From positions 16,249 to 80,248 of the forward strand of contig JAFLBN010000011.1 of the NCBI GenBank assembly GCA_017303395.1: a DNA stretch of 64,000 nt, read 5' to 3'. A program made the position numbers and the translations under genes. The notes below the pieces were generated by a model. The model saw only the letters and a list, made by a program, of their open reading frames with translations, did no database searches and had not been told where the DNA came from. Shown here piece by piece: positions 47,071 through 56,415 of the stretch. The stretch comes from Chitinophagales bacterium (GTDB lineage: Bacteria; Bacteroidota; Bacteroidia; Chitinophagales; Chitinophagaceae). Positions within the stretch are counted from its first letter, which is position 1, and each line of letters begins with the position of its first letter.

Positions 47071-48930
47071 TTAATAAGTAGTGTTGAATTGTACACCCAC
47101 TGTGTACCATCTCCCTGGCAGTTGTATAACACTTGCCTCGCGGTATTTGGTATCCAGTATATTGTTTACATCTGCATAGATGTTAAACTGTTTGATGCGG
47201 TATGCCACACGTGCATCTACTAGTGTATAGTCGTTTGCATTGATGCGGTACAGGTAGCGAACGTTTGCATTTATCTGTAGCTTATTCCACAACATACTGC
47301 GCACAGATGCTATTGCCTGATGGCGCAGCGCTTCTACAGCGTATTTAGAAATAGCATTGTTAGGTGTTTCAATTACAGGGCTTAAGTAGGTATAGTTGCC
47401 CTGCAGGTTGATGACATACTTATCGCTCAATGCAAGATGCTTGCTCAGTTTGTATGTCACCTGTCCGCTGATGCCGTTTGTATTTACAGACTGGAAGTTT
47501 TGTGGCTGCCACGGAGCCAGTGTATTGGTACGAACCCAATCTATAAAGTCTGTATTGTTTTTGTAGAAGTAAGCGGCTCTTGCAAACAACAGATTGCCGT
47601 TGTATTGCAAACCGCCTTCTGCATAATGTGCTAATTCAGGTTGCAGGTTGGGGTTGCCTGTATTAGTTGGGCCATTATAATAAAGGTCTGTATAAGTAGG
47701 TAGGCGTTGCCCCATACTTGCATTGGCAAATACTTTCCATTTTGGTAGGAAGCGATAGCCTGCGTCAAGACCCGGGAATGCTTGCCAGCCATAGTCGCTG
47801 TTGTAGTTGGCATATACACCCAGCCCTGTATTCAGCTTATCGTTGAAGTAGTGTTTGTACTCTGCGTAGATGCCTGTGTTATTACGATTGCGCTTGCCGA
47901 GGTTGGTACTGTTGATGTCTTCGTTACGGTATTCAACACCTATACCAACAGTGCCTTTGCGCATAGTATAGCTGCTCTGTACCTCGCCCGTTACCACATT
48001 TGTTTCGTGTATGTTGTGGTACAAAGATGGATTCTGACGAACGAAAATATAGTCGTCATTGTTGTAACGATAGCTAACACGCGGGCGTATCATCAGTTTG
48101 CCGGTTGGCTTCAGCGTGTAGGCAATACTTCCCATTGCTGTCTGTACAGTTTCTGTAGAATTGGCATCAACCGGTGCGGCATAATATCCGTTTGCACCAA
48201 AGTCGTTGTGGATGTACGCACCCATCGCATCGATGCTGTTCTTACCGTTCAGCACTATCCTGTTCTGGTAAAATAGGCGCGTTGCTTTGTATGCAGTATT
48301 GTATCTGTAACCATTGCCTTCATCGTGCGCTACAGAAAGGATATGACTTTGTTGCTTTCCGGCGAAAGAAGCAGATGCCTGTGCGCCCCAACCGTAGTAG
48401 GTATCGCCGCTGGCAGTGTCTGTTTGTAGATTGCTGCCTGCATATACCTGTGCGCTTATTTCGTTTTGCTGTGGTATGCGGGTAACGATGTTGATGGCAC
48501 CCGCCAGTGCGTTAACACCATAAACCATGGCAGCAGGCCCGCGCAATACTTCAATCTGTTCTATAGCCGAGATAGGAATGGGCAGGTTCATCATGTGGTG
48601 GCCTGTTTGCGGGTCGCTCATCTTCACACCGTTTACCAGTACCAGTACCTGATCGAATGTACTTCCGTCGATGCTGATGTCTGCCTGCGTGCCGTTAGGA
48701 CCGCGCTGGCGAAAGTCTGCACCTGCAACATAGGCAAGTAGTTCTGCGGTAGATTTTACAGGCAGTGTCGCAATTTGTTTGCGGTCCATTACCTGCATGT
48801 TTCTGTTTTGCTTACCGAAGCTTGCCTGTATTCTGTTTTCGTGAATGATGACGGTGTCGAGTGCTTGCTGTGCAAAGGAAGAAAGGCTGCTGCCCACCAG
48901 TCCTAAGCCGATAATCAAGTGTTTTTGCAT
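47071..48930 (-). CDS. TonB-dependent receptor
   Basis: 619 aa. Signal peptide, a plug domain (DTVIIHENR..., IEVLRGPAAMVYGVNALAGAINIVT) and a C-terminal beta-barrel ending in ...GVQFNTTY. Confidence 0.85.
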   Translation of the reverse strand: MQKHLIIGLGLVGSSLSSFAQQALDTVIIHENRIQASFGKQNRNMQVMDRKQIATLPVKSTAELLAYVAGADFRQRGPNGTQADISIDGSTFDQVLVLVNGVKMSDPQTGHHMMNLPIPISAIEQIEVLRGPAAMVYGVNALAGAINIVTRIPQQNEISAQVYAGSNLQTDTASGDTYYGWGAQASASFAGKQQSHILSVAHDEGNGYRYNTAYKATRLFYQNRIVLNGKNSIDAMGAYIHNDFGANGYYAAPVDANSTETVQTAMGSIAYTLKPTGKLMIRPRVSYRYNNDDYIFVRQNPSLYHNIHETNVVTGEVQSSYTMRKGTVGIGVEYRNEDINSTNLGKRNRNNTGIYAEYKHYFNDKLNTGLGVYANYNSDYGWQAFPGLDAGYRFLPKWKVFANASMGQRLPTYTDLYYNGPTNTGNPNLQPELAHYAEGGLQYNGNLLFARAAYFYKNNTDFIDWVRTNTLAPWQPQNFQSVNTNGISGQVTYKLSKHLALSDKYVINLQGNYTYLSPVIETPNNAISKYAVEALRHQAIASVRSMLWNKLQINANVRYLYRINANDYTLVDARVAYRIKQFNIYADVNNILDTKYREASVIQLPGRWYTVGVQFNTTY

Positions 48931-48997
48931 ATGGTTTGTTTTAGCGCCGCAAAGGTATAGGCGTTAAAACCGTTGATTATCAAACTTTAAAGCATAT

Positions 48998-49444
48998 TTA
49001 TAAACGCAACATCTCAATGTGTGGTATTCCGTCTTCTATATATTCTGCACTATTTATATTAAAACCAAAACGCTCGTAAAAAGCCTTCAAATATAATTGT
49101 GCACCTATACGTATTGGGCCCGTGCCGTAAGATTCTATTGCCTTTTCTACAGATAGCTCCATCAGTTCCATCCCCATGCCCTTTGCACGATAGTCGGGGT
49201 CTGTAACAACACGCCCTATAGACATCTCTTTGTAAGACACACCCGCAGGTACCAGACGGCTGTATGCAACCAGTGCACTATCTGCAAAGCCCATCAGGTG
49301 CAGGCATTTGGTGTCTTTATCATCCATATCCAGAAACACACAGTTTTGTTCTACCACAAACACCTTGCTGCGTAGTTTCAGCACTTCATATAGTTCGTAA
49401 TTGCTTAGTTCACCGAAAGCCTTCAGTCGCCAGTTCAGTTGCAT
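48998..49444 (-). CDS. GNAT family N-acetyltransferase (ElaA-like)
   Basis: 148 aa from MQLNWRLKAF. ELYEVLKLRSKVFVVEQNC plus the acetyl-CoA loop RAKGMGMELM. Confidence 0.75.
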   Translation of the reverse strand: MQLNWRLKAFGELSNYELYEVLKLRSKVFVVEQNCVFLDMDDKDTKCLHLMGFADSALVAYSRLVPAGVSYKEMSIGRVVTDPDYRAKGMGMELMELSVEKAIESYGTGPIRIGAQLYLKAFYERFGFNINSAEYIEDGIPHIEMLRL

Positions 49445-49454
49445 AATATATTCG

Positions 49455-50714
49455 TTAAGGGGTTGTTTCTCTGTTGCGCGATAACATGATAGCACCGCAA
49501 AGCATAGCACTTACAGATAGTGTAAGGATATGATAGTATTTATACAACAGCGGAGAGAACATGTAGAATATCATGATGAATACAAACAGCATCAGCAATG
49601 TATAGAAGCTGTAATCTACACGAGTTTTATTGCGTTGGTAATACACAATGCCGATAATATTCAGCAGTATCATCAGCGATCCTTGTATTACACGCATGAT
49701 GTATATCTGCTCAGGGGTGTTGCCGGGTAATAAGTTTTTGAAATAAGAGGCGAAGTAGATACCCGGTACAAATGTGTAGGATATTGGTGGTTCGCCATAT
49801 CCGTCCCATTCTTCTACAGCACAGTTGTTATGATACAGAATACCTTCTTTCAGTATTGTAGGGTCCTTCATGTAGAATGGTATGATGTATAATACTACAA
49901 CAGCAAGTAATACAGCACCCCACATCATTATATTGGTTTTGCGTGGAATGTTTTGCCAGTATACAATTGCAAACAAAGGCAGCCAGAAAACAAATGTATA
50001 TCTTGATAACAGGCACAGAATAAGCCCGATTGTAATCATGTAGATATTCTTCTGCAACAGGCCAATGGCCAGTATCATATAATAGGCAGCTATCAATGTT
50101 TCCATAGAAACCCCGACATCCATACGTGCATAGCTGATGTAGAAGATGAGTATAAATAATGGCAGTGATATCGCAAGCAATTTCACGATAACATTCACCT
50201 TGTTGCGCCATACATAGATACCCCATATACCGTTTGCAACTATCATAGCCAGTGCGCCTACCCACCTGTTGTCGAAATGGAAGATATGCGATAGTGCCAG
50301 TGGCAGCCAGTTGAGCGGCATATATACCGGGTATGGATGCCAGCTGTAGTCTTCAATAGGGTAGTACGGGAATTTGCCCGCAGCATACCGCTCATAGAGT
50401 GCATTCAGCTGTGTCATTACATCAGACAGTTTGCCAGGGTCGTTATACTCGGCAAACAATTTATCCAGCGAAGGGATAGTGCAAGCCAAAGCAGCCAGAC
50501 CCAATATACCACCTGTCAATACATTACTGACAGAGGGCTTTACCGGCATTGGTGCTTCACCTTTCTTTAATACCGACAGGTAATAAAGCGGTACTAGCAG
50601 AAACAGTATGAATAATACAGCAGGATTGCCATCAAGCCCCAGCCATTCGCGGCCATATACTACTACGTAGCATTGAAGCAGCAAAAGGATGACAGGTATG
50701 ACTACTTTCTTCAT
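49455..50714 (-). CDS. hypothetical polytopic membrane protein (possibly a GT-C-like glycosyltransferase)
   Basis: 419 aa with roughly a dozen hydrophobic segments and one larger loop. No diagnostic motif recognised, so the GT-C guess rests on topology only. Confidence 0.4.
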   Translation of the reverse strand: MKKVVIPVILLLLQCYVVVYGREWLGLDGNPAVLFILFLLVPLYYLSVLKKGEAPMPVKPSVSNVLTGGILGLAALACTIPSLDKLFAEYNDPGKLSDVMTQLNALYERYAAGKFPYYPIEDYSWHPYPVYMPLNWLPLALSHIFHFDNRWVGALAMIVANGIWGIYVWRNKVNVIVKLLAISLPLFILIFYISYARMDVGVSMETLIAAYYMILAIGLLQKNIYMITIGLILCLLSRYTFVFWLPLFAIVYWQNIPRKTNIMMWGAVLLAVVVLYIIPFYMKDPTILKEGILYHNNCAVEEWDGYGEPPISYTFVPGIYFASYFKNLLPGNTPEQIYIMRVIQGSLMILLNIIGIVYYQRNKTRVDYSFYTLLMLFVFIMIFYMFSPLLYKYYHILTLSVSAMLCGAIMLSRNRETTP

Positions 50715-50761
50715 GAATGCATTTTAGCAATAAATAACTATATAACCGAGGTTATAGTATG

Positions 50762-51955
50762 TTATTTACTCAGGTGCATACTCCTTTCTTTATAAAGCTG
50801 GCGGAACCATGGGTCGCGCAGGTCTTTGATAAAGCGGATAGCCTCGCCGGTGCTCTTCATTTCAGGGCCCAGCTCTTTGTTTACATTCGGGAATTTGTTG
50901 AAGCTGAATATCGGCTCTTTCACTGCAAAACCTTCAAGTTTCTTTTCCATCTTGAAGTCTTTCAGTTTCTTTTCGCCCAGCATCACTTTGGTTGCTATAT
51001 TCAGGTATGGGATACCGTATGCTTTTGCAATGAATGGGGTAGTACGGCTGGCACGCGGGTTAGCTTCTATCACATATACTTTACCATCTTTGATGGCAAA
51101 CTGTATGTTGATGAGGCCTTTCACATTCAGTTTCAGTGCTATGCGCTTAGCTATATCAGCCATTTCGTCCACAATCAACTGGCCCAGGTTGAAGCATGGC
51201 AGCAGGGCGTGGCTATCGCCACTATGAATACCTGCAGGCTCTATATGCTCCATAATGCCCATGATGTGTACTTCTTCGCCATCGCAGATAGCGTCTACCT
51301 CTGCTTCCTGACAACGGTCCAGGAAGTGGTCGATGAGTATTTTATTGCCCGGAAGGTGCTTCAGCAGGCTCAGTACGCTTTTTTCCAGTTCGTCATCATT
51401 GATAACGATACGCATCCTTTGTCCACCCAATACATAAGATGGGCGCACCAGTACCGGATAACCTACTTCGTTGGCTACTTCTATAGCCTCGTCTGTAGTA
51501 TATGCCGTACCGTAGCGTGGGTAAGGGATGTTGAGCTCTTTCAGCAAATCGCTGAAGCGGCCGCGGTCTTCGGCAATGTCCATATCATCGAAAGATGTAC
51601 CGATGATGCGAACGCCTTTTTCGTGCAGTCGCTTTGCCAGTTTCAACGCTGTTTGTCCGCCCAATTGCACTATCACACCGTATGGTTGCTCATGCTCAAT
51701 GATTTCCCACAGGTGCTCCCAGTATACGGGTTCGAAATACAGCTTGTCTGCAATATCAAAGTCTGTAGATACTGTTTCAGGGTTGCAGTTTACCATAATG
51801 GCTTCAAAACCACTTTCCTTAACAGCCAGCAGGCCGTGCGTGCAGCAATAATCAAATTCTATACCCTGGCCGATACGATTCGGGCCAGACCCCAATACAA
51901 TGACTTTTTTCTTTTCTCCGGGGATTGATTCGTTGAAAACGATAGAAGAACTCAT
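50762..51955 (-). CDS. carB: carbamoyl-phosphate synthase large subunit, C-terminal half only (carbamoyl-phosphate-forming ATP-grasp domain)
   Basis: MSSSIVFNESIPGEKKKVIVLGSGPNRIGQGIEFDYCCTHG...ANPRASRTTPFIAKAYGIPY...STGEA. An alternative TTG start lies at 51979. The protein ends after the ATP-grasp domain, with no MGS-like allosteric domain. Confidence 0.9.
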   Translation of the reverse strand: MSSSIVFNESIPGEKKKVIVLGSGPNRIGQGIEFDYCCTHGLLAVKESGFEAIMVNCNPETVSTDFDIADKLYFEPVYWEHLWEIIEHEQPYGVIVQLGGQTALKLAKRLHEKGVRIIGTSFDDMDIAEDRGRFSDLLKELNIPYPRYGTAYTTDEAIEVANEVGYPVLVRPSYVLGGQRMRIVINDDELEKSVLSLLKHLPGNKILIDHFLDRCQEAEVDAICDGEEVHIMGIMEHIEPAGIHSGDSHALLPCFNLGQLIVDEMADIAKRIALKLNVKGLINIQFAIKDGKVYVIEANPRASRTTPFIAKAYGIPYLNIATKVMLGEKKLKDFKMEKKLEGFAVKEPIFSFNKFPNVNKELGPEMKSTGEAIRFIKDLRDPWFRQLYKERSMHLSK

Positions 51956-51999
51956 GAGCGGCAAAGTTAGCACATTCAATCAAATCCGTAAAATACAAG

Positions 52000-52938
52000 T
52001 TATATAACAGATTTTATCCATTCAATGCATTCCCCCTCATCTACAATAGACCATGAATGGGGGTGTCGCATACCGTTGGCACGCATCCCCTTGCGGGCAG
52101 ACTGAATAAACTGAGCTTTTTTGTTGCCCAGCATCATCAGCTTTTTTATCAGCTCTGCAGAAAACTCATAGTTGGCATTGTGAACAGATTGCATTCTGTT
52201 TATCAGGCGCCAGTTGACATCTATTTCGTGATAGGTCCTTACGGCTGTTTCCTTAAGGTATATTTCATTATTGCAATACGAGGCATTCATGCAAAAAGGT
52301 GTTACCTCGGCATACTTTGCAACATTGTCTTTAGGGATGCCTCTGTCTTTTTGCATCATCTGCAGGGCGCTATTTGCTTCAGCCACTGCCATGTCAGAAT
52401 AGTTTTCTTTAACTATCTGCTCCAGCAGTTCCCAAGTGCCGAAGACATCTATCGGAGAGTCGACCGTAAAAACAGCCTTCGGGTGTACAGGGTATTTATC
52501 GGGAAACTGGTTGCAGAGTTCTACATAACGCAAGGCAATAGTACCACCTGCCGAAAAGCCGCCCAATACAAACTTTGAAGGGTCTGCGTGATAACGCTTG
52601 ATAACATCTTGCAGTACAGCATTGAGATTATTAACTACGTTTTGCCTGGCATATACTTCATACCCCGCAGCGAATGACACCGTGAGTATATTATTGTGGT
52701 AGGCAAAACTGTCGAGCTTGGTTTCGGGCAATGTGTTTTCGGGTTGCTGGCTATAGCCTGCTAACAGAACCAGTACTGCATCTATTTTGCCTGCCGGCTC
52801 TGTAACCATGTAATAACCACTGATAGGTTCATTCTTATTAATGTCGATGCGTTTTACCTGTGGTTCGGTTTGTGCAGTGCAGTATATGCCAATGCATAAA
52901 AAGGATGCAACGATGAGGTATGATAATTTCTTCAACAT
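52000..52938 (-). CDS. exported alpha/beta hydrolase (esterase-like)
   Basis: 312 aa. Signal peptide MLKKLSYLIVASFLCIGIYCTAQ and the nucleophile elbow GGFSAGG. Confidence 0.65.
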   Translation of the reverse strand: MLKKLSYLIVASFLCIGIYCTAQTEPQVKRIDINKNEPISGYYMVTEPAGKIDAVLVLLAGYSQQPENTLPETKLDSFAYHNNILTVSFAAGYEVYARQNVVNNLNAVLQDVIKRYHADPSKFVLGGFSAGGTIALRYVELCNQFPDKYPVHPKAVFTVDSPIDVFGTWELLEQIVKENYSDMAVAEANSALQMMQKDRGIPKDNVAKYAEVTPFCMNASYCNNEIYLKETAVRTYHEIDVNWRLINRMQSVHNANYEFSAELIKKLMMLGNKKAQFIQSARKGMRANGMRHPHSWSIVDEGECIEWIKSVI

Positions 52939-52941
52939 AAA

Positions 52942-53304
52942 CTACCAGGGGTTTTTGAGATCGTTTTTTGTAAAGAGATGTTGCCTGTCTTTGAAATTGC
53001 TGTCAGTTGGCTTTTTCAATACCACACCCGTATTGTCGAAGAGCCTCCTGATAGTGGCAATGGGTGTAAGCACTAGCCAGTATATGATGCTTAATAGTAT
53101 TGCGTTGTTGATACGGCCGATGAAACCTGTCAGCAGACCAAACCATTTATGGACAAAAGCAGCAAACCCACTAGATGCCAGCCCCAATATGCCAATGGCA
53201 AAAGCTGTGTATAATATCTCTATACGATGAAACAGGAAATAGAGAAATACTCCCATAAGCACAATGGCGAGTAGCGACTCTTTTATTTTTACTGCTTCCT
53301 TCAT
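52942..53304 (-). CDS. SxtJ-like small membrane protein
   Basis: 120 aa with 3 hydrophobic segments. It sits immediately after a carbamoyltransferase, as in SxtI-SxtJ-type modules. The family call is from recollection. Confidence 0.55.
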   Translation of the reverse strand: MKEAVKIKESLLAIVLMGVFLYFLFHRIEILYTAFAIGILGLASSGFAAFVHKWFGLLTGFIGRINNAILLSIIYWLVLTPIATIRRLFDNTGVVLKKPTDSNFKDRQHLFTKNDLKNPW

Positions 53305-53451
53305 TTAGAACAATGTATATATAAACGGTGCCAACCCTGTATTGGCTGCAATTATCAGTACGGCTATCAGCAGCAGTGCGATGATGATGGGTGTGAGCCA
53401 CCATTTTTTGCGCTCTTTCATAAATAGCCACAAGTCTTTTAAAAATTCCAT
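53305..53451 (-). CDS. DUF5989-like single-TM peptide
   Basis: MEFLKDLWLFMKERKKWWLTPIIIALLLIAVLIIAANTGLAPFIYTLF is a characteristic companion of SxtJ and carbamoyltransferase genes. Confidence 0.55.
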   Translation of the reverse strand: MEFLKDLWLFMKERKKWWLTPIIIALLLIAVLIIAANTGLAPFIYTLF

Positions 53452-53476
53452 TGCTACCAAATTACAGCTTCTGTTA

Positions 53477-55327
53477 CTAATCTTTAGCAAAGCTTTGTTT
53501 ATAAACTACCACGTCCGCCTGCTCTTCTTTATACAATATAAAATTGCCCATCACCAGTACATCCATATCTGTAGTCATAAAACAAGTGAATGCATCATCG
53601 GGTGTACACACAATCGGTTCACCCCGCACATTGAAAGATGTATTGATAAGCACACCATAATCAGCAATACATTTAAAGTCTGTGAGTAGTTGATGCATCA
53701 ACGGATTATCATTTGCTGATACCGTTTGTATGCGTGCGCTGTAGTCTATATGCGTAATGGCCGGCAATACACTGCGCTGTACATATAGCTTATCCATCAG
53801 CGATAGATTGTGATAACCATCAGGCAGTGCTTTGCGATACGTTTCATTTACAAGATGTACAAACAACATGTATGGCGATGGCTGTTTTACATTGAACAAT
53901 CGCACAGCTTCTTCCTGCAACATGATAGGTGCAAACGGACGGAAACCCTCGCGCTGTTTTATCTTGATATTGAGGCGCTTTTGCATGTCGGGATTACGAG
54001 CATCGGCCAGTATGCTGCGGTTGCCTAATGCACGCGGGCCAAACTCCATCCTGCCCTGAAACCATCCTACTACTTTCCCAATTGCTATGTCTTTTGCAAC
54101 GGTCGTTGTGAGCAATGCACTGTCTTCTATATGTGTAGCAACAGCACCATATTTATTGATAGTGCGGATGATGTCTTTATCACTGTACGACGGGCCGAGG
54201 TATGCACCATGCATCGCATCTGTACCCGCATTGCTGCGTGGTTGGTCTTGATGAATATGGTATGCTGCGAGTGCAGCACCTATTGCACCACCTGCATCTC
54301 CTGCTGCGGGTTGTATATATATATTGTCGAAAATGCCTGCAGCCTGCAGCTTGCCATTGGCCACACAGTTGAGTGCTACACCGCCTGCCATGCAGAGTGT
54401 GTTGCTGCCTGTCAGTTGCTTAGCTGTACGTGCCAGCTTCAATACAATATCTTCTGTAACCTGTTGTATTGCCAGTGCAAGATTGCAGTGATGTTGCGCT
54501 ATTGCTTCATCTTCGCCCCTGCGTTTGAAGCCGAATAGTTTCTCCCAACCTGCATCGCTGACCATGCGCATACCTGTTGCATAGGTAAAGTATTGCTGAT
54601 GCAGAAAGATAGAGCCATCATCGTACACCGTGCAGAGCTTATCGAGTATCAATTGTTTGTATGCTGACACTTGTACATCCTGCGGGTTGCCATAGGGTGC
54701 AAGCCCCATCAACTTATATTCGCCCGAGTTGACTTTGAAGCCCAGAAAGTAGGTGAAGGCAGAGTAGAGCAAACCGACCGAATGCGGAAAGTGCAGCTCC
54801 TTCAGTACTTCTATGTTGTTACCACTTCCTTTAGCTATAGACGTAGTACACCATTCGCCGACGCCATCTATTGTTAGTATGGCAGCATCTGTATATGGAG
54901 ACGGATAGAATGCACTGGCAGCATGGCTGAGGTGATGCTCGGGGAAGAGCAGTAGTTGCCTGCCGTTGCAGTTTTCATCTGCTTCTTTCAGCCCCTTGCG
55001 TACATTGTCTTTCAGAAATAGTTTTTCCTTTATCCATACAGGCATAGAACGCATGAAGGATAGCCAGCCCTTTGGCGAATAGGCATAGTAGGTTTCCAGC
55101 AATCGTTCGAACTTGAGGAAGGGCTTATCGTAGAAGGCTACATAATCTACATTGTTGATGCTGATGCCGCCCTCTTGCAGACAATAACGAATGGCGTGAA
55201 TAGGAAAGGCTGCATCGTGTTTGATGCGGGTAAACCTTTCTTCCTGCGCAGCGGCAACTATGCGGCCGTCAATTATTAGTGCCGCCGCCGCATCGTGATA
55301 ATAACAGGAAATGCCAAGTATCGTCAT
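53477..55327 (-). CDS. carbamoyltransferase (NodU/CmcH/SxtI family)
   Basis: About 616 aa from MTILGISCYYHDAAAALI. Family blocks EERFTRIKHDAAFP, GGVALNCVANG and NTSFNVRGEPIVCTPDDA. Confidence 0.9.
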   Translation of the reverse strand: MTILGISCYYHDAAAALIIDGRIVAAAQEERFTRIKHDAAFPIHAIRYCLQEGGISINNVDYVAFYDKPFLKFERLLETYYAYSPKGWLSFMRSMPVWIKEKLFLKDNVRKGLKEADENCNGRQLLLFPEHHLSHAASAFYPSPYTDAAILTIDGVGEWCTTSIAKGSGNNIEVLKELHFPHSVGLLYSAFTYFLGFKVNSGEYKLMGLAPYGNPQDVQVSAYKQLILDKLCTVYDDGSIFLHQQYFTYATGMRMVSDAGWEKLFGFKRRGEDEAIAQHHCNLALAIQQVTEDIVLKLARTAKQLTGSNTLCMAGGVALNCVANGKLQAAGIFDNIYIQPAAGDAGGAIGAALAAYHIHQDQPRSNAGTDAMHGAYLGPSYSDKDIIRTINKYGAVATHIEDSALLTTTVAKDIAIGKVVGWFQGRMEFGPRALGNRSILADARNPDMQKRLNIKIKQREGFRPFAPIMLQEEAVRLFNVKQPSPYMLFVHLVNETYRKALPDGYHNLSLMDKLYVQRSVLPAITHIDYSARIQTVSANDNPLMHQLLTDFKCIADYGVLINTSFNVRGEPIVCTPDDAFTCFMTTDMDVLVMGNFILYKEEQADVVVYKQSFAKD

Positions 55328-55409
55328 TGTGTGGGCGTAAAAGTAGAAATACAAGCGCAAATGGCAGCATGAATTTGTTGCAGATTGTTGCAATTATTCC
55401 CTGCACATT

Positions 55410-56345
55410 TTATTTCAGATATATATACTTATGAAAAAGCCACTTATCACAATATGTGGGCACTAAACTTCCATCAACTAATAGGTTATTGTGCCAATCT
55501 CTTATCTTATGTTTCTCACTATCTGAAAATGTTCTTTTTTCATTATAATAATCAATATTATAAACATCAGATTTACCTGTCTTATCTACCAAAAGAAATA
55601 TGTGCATCACTAACATTGCATCCTCGTATTTGTTAGTAACCTTCATCCCTAAAAAATTTGATAATTCCTCCTCATAAGACTTTCCATTTTTTAGTTTTTC
55701 TATATCATCAGTGTGACTATATCCCATTTTTTCTACATCCCAATTATAGAATTCATTCGTGTCGGGTATGTGTATAGTTCTAGGTAGCACTATTTTACCG
55801 TTATATCTGTCTAAGATATTTTTATTACGCTCTTTTTTAAGAATGTTACCTGTATTAAAATTGAAAGCTATTGTAGTATCAGCCCTAGTAATTACAAAAA
55901 CAGTATCATTGTTTACAAACGTCCTAGTGTACCAAGCAGCATAATTTTTTATTGAATTGAAGAAATCAGAATCCCGCACCAATTCACTAACACGATATGT
56001 TTTAGCTACATTGCCTTGTTTATATATAGTTAAGACAGGTGTACTGTCATTCATGTTTGTAACATATGGTTGATATGAAAACAATACTGAACCGGCATCG
56101 TTGATATGGCTATCGTAATGTAAATACTCATTAATAGTATAAAGTTCTGTAGAGTCCGGAGTGAAAATGATTGTTTTGCCTATTGATGCAAAATGCCTTG
56201 AAAATGGAATTGTTTTAAAAAATGCCTTGTTATTTTGTGAATACTGTATGTATCTATACATAACTTCTGGCTGCAACGCAAATGCAGAAGAGAAATGCAT
56301 TGTGATAATTATTAAAAATGCTACGATAGATTTTGGTAAGTGCAT
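55410..56345 (-). CDS. hypothetical exported protein in a low-GC segment
   Basis: 311 aa from MHLPKSIVAFLIIITMHFSSAFA (signal peptide). The protein is Asn/Lys/Tyr-rich and the DNA is visibly more AT-rich than its flanks. No family recognised. Confidence 0.5.
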   Translation of the reverse strand: MHLPKSIVAFLIIITMHFSSAFALQPEVMYRYIQYSQNNKAFFKTIPFSRHFASIGKTIIFTPDSTELYTINEYLHYDSHINDAGSVLFSYQPYVTNMNDSTPVLTIYKQGNVAKTYRVSELVRDSDFFNSIKNYAAWYTRTFVNNDTVFVITRADTTIAFNFNTGNILKKERNKNILDRYNGKIVLPRTIHIPDTNEFYNWDVEKMGYSHTDDIEKLKNGKSYEEELSNFLGMKVTNKYEDAMLVMHIFLLVDKTGKSDVYNIDYYNEKRTFSDSEKHKIRDWHNNLLVDGSLVPTYCDKWLFHKYIYLK

Positions 56346-56415
56346 ATAATTTTGCAGTATTACAAGTGGTGCAATATATAAGATTGATTTTTGTTGTCTT
56401 GTTAAGAAATAATAA

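Noticed and set aside
50715-50761. A short hairpin, TATAACCGAGGTTATA, between the carB C-half and the downstream membrane protein gene, considered as an internal terminator of the 8-gene run.
   Set aside because: The stem is only about 6-7 bp and all A/T-rich, the loop is tiny, and no clear T-run follows on the coding strand. That is not enough to call a terminator.
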